The notes under the pieces were generated by a model. The model had not been told where the DNA came from and searched no databases. It was given only the letters and a program-made list of their open reading frames with translations. A program made the position numbers and the translations under genes. From an uncultured delta proteobacterium (GTDB lineage Bacteria > Myxococcota_A > Polyangia > Polyangiales > B10-G4), in contig CAVSGI010000009.1 of assembly GCA_963727445.1 (NCBI GenBank), forward strand, positions 96,001 to 160,000: 64,000 bases of DNA, in the 5' to 3' direction. How positions within the stretch are numbered: position 1 is the stretch's first letter; every line of letters starts with the position of its first letter. Shown piece by piece: positions 58,018 through 64,000 of this stretch.

Positions 58018-58725
58018 TCACGATCTCCCCCGCCGGACGGCGGCGACGTTGAGCATCACGAGGGCCAACGCGAAGGCGATCAAGGTCGCCCACGCGTCGA
58101 GCGTGGCTTCGGCGTGCGTCTGGAGCACCAGCAACTCTCCTGGGGCGTCGATGTGGTGCTGGGCGATGGCGTGGGCGACCGCGAGCTCGTGGTCGCGTGG
58201 CGTGGACCACACTGTGCCGACGAGCGGACGATGCCGAAACAGTTCGCGGCACGCGCCCGGTTCGCCCTCGCACCGAACCCAGGTGGGGGCAGCTTCGGTG
58301 CGCGTCCAGCCATCGTCTACCAGGGGCGCGGCGACATAGTCCCGCGAAAGGCCGTTGTCCGAGACGGGGCGATCTTCCGCCAGGTCGACCCCCTCGAGCT
58401 CGGTCCGGACCACTCCGTCATCGACGGCGACGACCTCGCTCGACGGAACGAGCCCGCCCAACGTGACCGTCGGATACCAGCTCGAGGCCACATGGATCGC
58501 GTCCACGGCGAAGCCGAGTAGCAGCAACGGCGAAAGAACACTCGCGAGCAGCGCGATGATCCACCGCATCGTCTGTCGATCGCGACGCCACCAGGCCCAA
58601 CCGAGCGCGCCGCCGACGAGCGCGGCGCCCAACCAAGCGAGGGGGAAGCTCAAGCCGAGCAGGCCGAGGAGCACCGCGACCGCGGCAGGTGCCGTGACGG
58701 CGGCGAGTCCGAGAAGAACCTCCAA
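58018..58725 (-). CDS. Hypothetical membrane protein
   Basis: Three N-terminal and one C-terminal hydrophobic segments. Confidence 0.6.
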   Translation of the reverse strand: MEVLLGLAAVTAPAAVAVLLGLLGLSFPLAWLGAALVGGALGWAWWRRDRQTMRWIIALLASVLSPLLLLGFAVDAIHVASSWYPTVTLGGLVPSSEVVAVDDGVVRTELEGVDLAEDRPVSDNGLSRDYVAAPLVDDGWTRTEAAPTWVRCEGEPGACRELFRHRPLVGTVWSTPRDHELAVAHAIAQHHIDAPGELLVLQTHAEATLDAWATLIAFALALVMLNVAAVRRGRS

Positions 58726-58729
58726 GGTC

Positions 58730-59113
58730 CTAACCCTCTTGCGTTTCCGCCCTCAGTGCGTCCTTCCGGGAGAGGCTTTCGGCGGGCCAGTGCTCGGATG
58801 CGCGGTAGTACTCCTCCATCACCGGGACGTCGTCGGGGAGGATCACCCATGGCTGCTTCGACATCGTCCAGATGTGGATGTTCGGAGGAAGGACGCCCGG
58901 ATCGGCGGAAGGCGTCTGCACGTAGTCGACCTCGCCGGCCAGCACGTCGACGCGGTCGGTCTCGATGAGGGCGTTGAGGGCGAATGCGCTCCCCGTCTCG
59001 CGCTGGCACCAGCGGCAGTGACAGCAGTGCACGAAGAGCGGCGGTGAGCTCAGGCGGTAGCGGATGCGGCGGCACGTGCAGCCGCCTTCGAGAAGCGGGG
59101 GGTCGGCGGTCAT
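58730..59113 (-). CDS. GFA/CENP-V family protein with apparent internal deletion
   Basis: EGGCTC..IRY, HCCHC.WCQRETGSAF, PP.IHI.T.SKQPW; central CxxC segment absent. Confidence 0.8.
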   Translation of the reverse strand: MTADPPLLEGGCTCRRIRYRLSSPPLFVHCCHCRWCQRETGSAFALNALIETDRVDVLAGEVDYVQTPSADPGVLPPNIHIWTMSKQPWVILPDDVPVMEEYYRASEHWPAESLSRKDALRAETQEG

Positions 59114-59156
59114 GTCGGCCGCGAGAGTATCGCACTCGCGGTCCATCGCCCCCGGG

Positions 59157-59894
59157 TCAGTCGAGGCGCGCCAGCAAGCGTTTGGCGAGCAGGTATGCGT
59201 CGCCGGGCCAGCGCGCGGTGAGGAGCTGATCGTCCTCGACGACGAAGGCGGCGTGGTCGTCGTCGCGGGTGCCGCGGCTGAAGAGGTGGGTGGGCCCGCG
59301 CTCGAAGGCGCCCTCGTCTCCGAGCGCGCCGCGCACCTCGTCCTCGACGTACGCTGGATAGGTCCGAAAGTAGCGGCCGACCTTCCACGCGGTCGCGTAG
59401 TAGGCGATGCGCTCCATGTATTTCGGCAGGCAGGTGGTGCGATGGCCCGAGAGCACCGGACGTCCGTCCGAGCCGAGGGTGCGGGCGAGGACGAGCACGC
59501 CGTGGCAGATGGCGGCGACGGGCTTTTCGGCGTCGAAGAAGGCACGCACCTTTTCCCGGAGCACCTCGGCTTCGAGGTACTGCTTCATCCCAGGCGCGTG
59601 GCCGCCGGTGAGCCAGAGCGCGTCGGCGACGTCGACGTCGATGTCCGCCCAGCGAATCGGCGTCTTGCACGCGTCGCTCTCGATCATCTCGCGATAGAAG
59701 GCGAGGGGCTCGGGGTCCGCGCCGAGCTGGCCGAAGACCACGCCGCTGATGAGGAGCGGGTCCGCTTCGGGCGCCGCGCCGTTCTCGGTGGCGAAGACGA
59801 CGTCGTGACCGGCGTCGGTGAGGAGCTTCCACGGCACCGCGCACTCCGTGACGTCGAAGTCGTGGTCGGGGAGCGGGAAGACGATGGAGGCCAT
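59157..59894 (-). CDS. DJ-1/PfpI (class I glutamine amidotransferase-like) protein
   Basis: DFD.TE.AVPW, GGHAPGM..YL, AAICHG, TARWPGD. Confidence 0.9.
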   Translation of the reverse strand: MASIVFPLPDHDFDVTECAVPWKLLTDAGHDVVFATENGAAPEADPLLISGVVFGQLGADPEPLAFYREMIESDACKTPIRWADIDVDVADALWLTGGHAPGMKQYLEAEVLREKVRAFFDAEKPVAAICHGVLVLARTLGSDGRPVLSGHRTTCLPKYMERIAYYATAWKVGRYFRTYPAYVEDEVRGALGDEGAFERGPTHLFSRGTRDDDHAAFVVEDDQLLTARWPGDAYLLAKRLLARLD

Positions 59895-60057
59895 AGGAGC
59901 CCAATGTACAGAAACGCGACGACGTGCCCAAGGCGTCGCGCGCTCCGGGGTCACTGAGGGGAGCCCGGGAGAGCTCGCCACCCGCCTCGACGATGCGGAG
60001 GCGCGCGGGTGCGCTCGGCCCGACCTTCGTCCACCCACCATCCGTGTGGAGGTGCCG

Positions 60058-63000
60058 ATGCCCGTCCGTCTTCCCGCCCTCGTACTCACGAGCGTCGCGT
60101 CGCTCGTCTTCCTCTCTGCCCCCGTCAGCGCCCAGGGCGACGTCTGCCTCGCGGGCACCACCTTCGACGTCTGTCCGGCGGGAGGTGTCGCGCGCGAGCG
60201 CGGAGACGCGGTCCCCACCGCACGCGTGCGCGCGAGCGACAGCCGCCATCGCCGCCCCGACGCGCCGCCCGAGACGGAACATCTGGACGATCGCGGACTC
60301 TCCGCGTTCGAACGAGGTGGATCGCGCGCTCGCGCGCGAACTGGCCGTCCTATCGCGCCTGGTCGAAAACGTGGACCGAGCGGACGTTCGCCGCCCGCTG
60401 ATGCTCTCGCGCCTCGCGGAGACAGCGATGGAAGCGGCGCGGCGGGCGGACGCGCGGATCAACGCGCGCCTCGAAGCGCTGCACCGCGCGCGCCAGAGCG
60501 GACGGCGACAGGCGCTCGCGCGCCTACGGCGACAGCAGCGTCAGGACGAGGCGCGGCGTGCCGAGCACCGGACGACGGCGATGCAGGCGTGGGCACGGCT
60601 CATCTCGGAGCACCGCGGACATGCGAACGAGGATCACTCGCTCCACTCCTTCGCGCTTCTGCTCTCGGAGTCGGGCGACGCCGCGCGCGCGGCCACGGTG
60701 TGGCGGGAGCTCGTCCGCCGTCATCCGGGGAGCCCGCTCGTTCCCTACGCGTGGGTCGGGCTGGGCGAGGGCGCGCTCGAGGCCGGCGATGGGCGCACGG
60801 CCCTGGAGCTCTTCGATCGCGCGCTCGCCTTCGGGCCGGAGCGAAACCCGCTCTACGTCTTCGCCCTGCATCGGCGCGGATGGGCGGCGCGCGTCGCGGA
60901 CGCCCATCGCGAGGCGCTCGACTCCTTCATCCGCGCCATCGAGGCGGCGCGGGCACATCCCGATCAGACGCTCGCCGAGCCGCTCGCGAACGAAGCCGCG
61001 CGCGATCTGATCGTGCCCTACGCGGCGGTCGGATCGCCCCAGCGCGCGCTCGCCTTCTTTCGGAGATTCGCCGATAGCGAAGCGCGTGCGCTCGCCATGC
61101 TCGAGGACCTCGCGCTCCTCTATCACGACGAAGGAAGGTGGGCCGAGTCGCTGGTGCTTCATCACCAGCTGATCCGCGAACGTCCGACGTCCGACGATGT
61201 CTGCGCCTATCAGGAACGTGTGCTCCGTGCCGTGATCGCCACGCGCCCCAAAGCGGACCAGGTGCGCGAGGTGCAGCGCCTCGCCGACCTCGCCGAGCAG
61301 CGTCACGATCGAGAGTGTCGTGCGCTCGCGGCGGCGAGTGCGGCGGAGCTGGCGGTGGCGTGGCATCGGGAAGCCGTCGGCGTCGGCGAGATACCCGGCA
61401 CGCGATCGCGCGACACGATGCGCGCTGCCGCGCAGCTCTACGGCGTGCTCGAATCGATCGATGATCTCGACGCGCTTCCGATGCCGCGCTTCGATCCGCG
61501 AGACCGGCCGACGCGTGCCTCGATGCGCTACTACCAGGCGGAGCTGCTCTTCGAGATGGAGCAGTGGCAGGCCTGTGGCGAGGCGTTCAGCGAGGTGGTC
61601 GAGAGCGAAAGCGCTGGCGCGGAGCTCGAGGGGCAGGCGGCGCGGGGCGCGGTGCACTGCTTCGACCGTTTACTGGCGGCGCGTCCGGTCCCCGAGGGGC
61701 TGACGGAAGCGCGCGAGCTCACGCCGACCGAGCGCGACATGGTCGCGGCGTTTCGGCGCTACCGATGCGCCATCCCCGACGCCGACGATCTGGCGACGGT
61801 GATCTACCGCGAGGCCCGCGTCTTTCTCGACGCGGGCCAGCTCGAGGAGGCCGCCGTGCGCTTCGGCGAGGTCGCGCGGCGCTTTCCCGAGTCGGATGTG
61901 GGTCAGTTTGCAGCGAACCTGCACCTCGATGCGTTGAACGAGATCGGCGCGCGCGACGAGGGGAGAAAGGGGGCGTGCGTGAGCGTCATCGCCTCCGCGC
62001 TTCGGCCGTACCACCGCGCGTACTGCGGAAATCAGGAAGACGCCGCCGCGAACGCCAGCCTCTGCGCGCTGATCCCGCCCCTGGGCTGCGACGTCGTGCG
62101 GTACCGGGCCGAGGAGATGGGCCGCGCCGGCGATCACGCCCGCGCCGCCGAGCTCTATCACGGCCTCGCGGGACGCATGCCGGCGTGCGCGCATCGCGAC
62201 GAGATCCTGTTGAACCTGGCGATCCACGCGCAGGCGGCGGACCTGGTGGGCCGCGCCATCGCCGCCCTCGAAGCGCTGGTCGAAGAGCACCCCGAGAGCG
62301 AGCACGTCGCCGACGCACACCGCCGCCTCGGCGAGGCCTACCACGCCATCGCCATCTACGAACGCGCCGCCGACCACTACGAAGCCTTCGTCCGCCGAAC
62401 GCCGAACGCCGAGGGCGCAGCGGACGCGCTCGCCAACGCCGTCTTCTTCCGGCTCGGCCTCGGCGACGACGAAAAGGCGATCGCCGCGGCCCGCTTCTTC
62501 GAGCAGCGCCTCGCTGAGGACGACCCAGAGCGCGCCGCGCAGGTGGCCTTCGCCATCGGCACCATCTACGAGGTGCGCGACGAGCACCGCGCCGTGGTCG
62601 AGCACTATCGGCGCTGGCTCTCGCGTCACGCCGCCGCGGCTTCGCCGGCGCGGATCATCGAGGCCCACGTCGCCATCGGGCGCGCCGAGCGGCGGATGGG
62701 AGACGCGCAGCGCGCGGGGCTCGCGTTCTCTTCAGCGATCGAAGCATGGGAGCGGCTCGCCCCCGCGATCGAGGCGCTCCCCGAGGCCGAGCGTCCTCGC
62801 GAGGTGCGCGAAGCGCGGCAGGCCGTCGCCGAGGCGGCCTTCGGCGAGGCCGACGCGCTCTACGAGCGCTTTCGCGACACGCCCCTTCCGCGCTATCGCC
62901 GCGGCCGCGTCGAGACGTGGGTGGAGCGCTCTTTCCGCCCCTGGCTCGAGGCGCAGCTCGTGAACCTCGCGCAGGCCGAGGCGGCCTTCGAGCGCGTCGC

Positions 63001-63367
63001 CCACTACGACGACCCGCGCTGGACCATCGCCTCCGCTGCGCGCGTGGGCGAGATGTACGCCCGCTTCGCCGACGCCTTCGGCGACGCCCCGGTCCCGCCC
63101 GCCATCGCGCGCGACCCGGACCTCTACGCCGAGTACGTCGACGAGCTCGAGCGCCAGCGCCGCCGATTCAGCGAGCCCGCCGTCGAGCGCTTCGCCCTCT
63201 GCCTCGGCATCGCCACCCGCCTGCGCTTCTTCGACGAGCGCAGCCAGCGCTGCGAGCACGAGCTGAACCGCCTCGACCCGAGCGAGTACCCGCTCTCCGC
63301 CGAGCTCCGCCGCGGCGTGCGCGCGCCGAGCGCCCCGGCGCGGCCAGTGCCGGTGACGCTGGAGTGA
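60058..63367 (+). CDS. Large secreted TPR protein (AgmU/GltD-like architecture), apparent frameshift at ~60313
   Basis: GGAGG RBS, ATG 60058 and signal peptide in one frame; TPR body in the +1 frame ending W.IA..AR.GEMY...C...L..L.P..YP...EL. Confidence 0.75.
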
Positions 63368-63370
63368 GGG

Positions 63371-64000
63371 TCAGGTTCCCATGCCGCTCAGCGAGGCCGT
63401 CACGGGGCAGTCGGCGGTCGCGCGAAGCGTGGCGGAGCGCGCGCCGGTGGCGCTGGGACTGAAGACGACGGTGATCGTGCACGAATCACCGGGCGCGACG
63501 CTCGTCCCGGTGCATGCGTCGGAGGTGATGAGGAAGTCTCCGGCATTCGCGCCCGCCATGGCGACGGTGAAAGGGCTCGTCGCGGAGCCGCCGACATTGA
63601 GGATGGTGAATGTCGTCTCCGCGCTCGCCATGCCGACGGGGATCGAGCCGAAGTCGTAGGTCGAGGGCGTGATGATGCCGCAATCCACGTACGCGGCGGT
63701 TCCGGACAAGGAGGACGACGCCGAAAACGTTCCATCGGTGACGTCGAGCGTCGCGGACTTGGCGCCGACCGTGCTGGGCGAAAAGACGACGACGATGGTG
63801 CAGCTCGAGCCCGGGAGGACCGGCATCCGGCACGAGTTGGCGAGGATCATGAACTCGGTGGCGTCGGGTCCTCCGAACGAAGTTTCGAACGGCCCAGTCG
63901 TGAAACATCCGATGTTCGTCAACGTGAAAGTCACGGGCGCGCTCGTTGCACCGTCTCCAACTACGCCGAAGTCCTGTGAGCCTGGTACGAGAGAAGGGGC
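63371..64000 (-). CDS. Protein with tandem Ig-like (ASH / choice-of-anchor D) repeats, 5' part outside the window
   Basis: Two repeats of DFG...FT..N.G...F.I....C...PG.SCTI.V.FSP...GA.SATL...LSG; frame open to the window end. Confidence 0.8.
   Translation of the reverse strand, partial: APSLVPGSQDFGVVGDGATSAPVTFTLTNIGCFTTGPFETSFGGPDATEFMILANSCRMPVLPGSSCTIVVVFSPSTVGAKSATLDVTDGTFSASSSLSGTAAYVDCGIITPSTYDFGSIPVGMASAETTFTILNVGGSATSPFTVAMAGANAGDFLITSDACTGTSVAPGDSCTITVVFSPSATGARSATLRATADCPVTASLSGMGT

Overview
High-GC bacterial DNA with a myxobacterial gene repertoire (three Hanks-type Ser/Thr kinases, Cys-rich lipoproteins, a large TPR protein, an S12 with a C-terminal insert); Polyangiales/Sandaracinaceae-like origin is an inference. 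Left to right: (1) 1-14.5 kb, the tail of a [NiFe]-hydrogenase accessory/maturation locus (DUF5947-like 3' end, HhaC-like gene, maturation protease, hypA, hypB ... hypF, hypC) split by about 8 kb of two-component and sigma54 signalling genes; (2) 14.5-34 kb, mixed genes including DUF3419, an ABC1 kinase, ppsA, and an operon with a SAM methyltransferase coupled to an HgcAB-like corrinoid/ferredoxin fusion; (3) 34.7-46 kb, a partial aryl-polyene-like type II PKS/FAS cluster built around two divergent flavin-dependent halogenase-like genes, next to pabB; (4) rpsL-rpsG followed directly by a terminator, with no fusA/tuf; (5) 51-64 kb, accessory genes including a lantibiotic-dehydratase-C-like orphan, an S33 peptidase/5'-nucleotidase-C fusion, an internally deleted GFA gene and a large TPR protein. 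Four apparent single-base frameshifts (one in essential rpsL) suggest assembly indel errors. Several genes show leaderless-type promoter geometry. No rRNA, tRNA, CRISPR array or transposase was recognised. All family calls are by motif recognition from the translations, not database searches.
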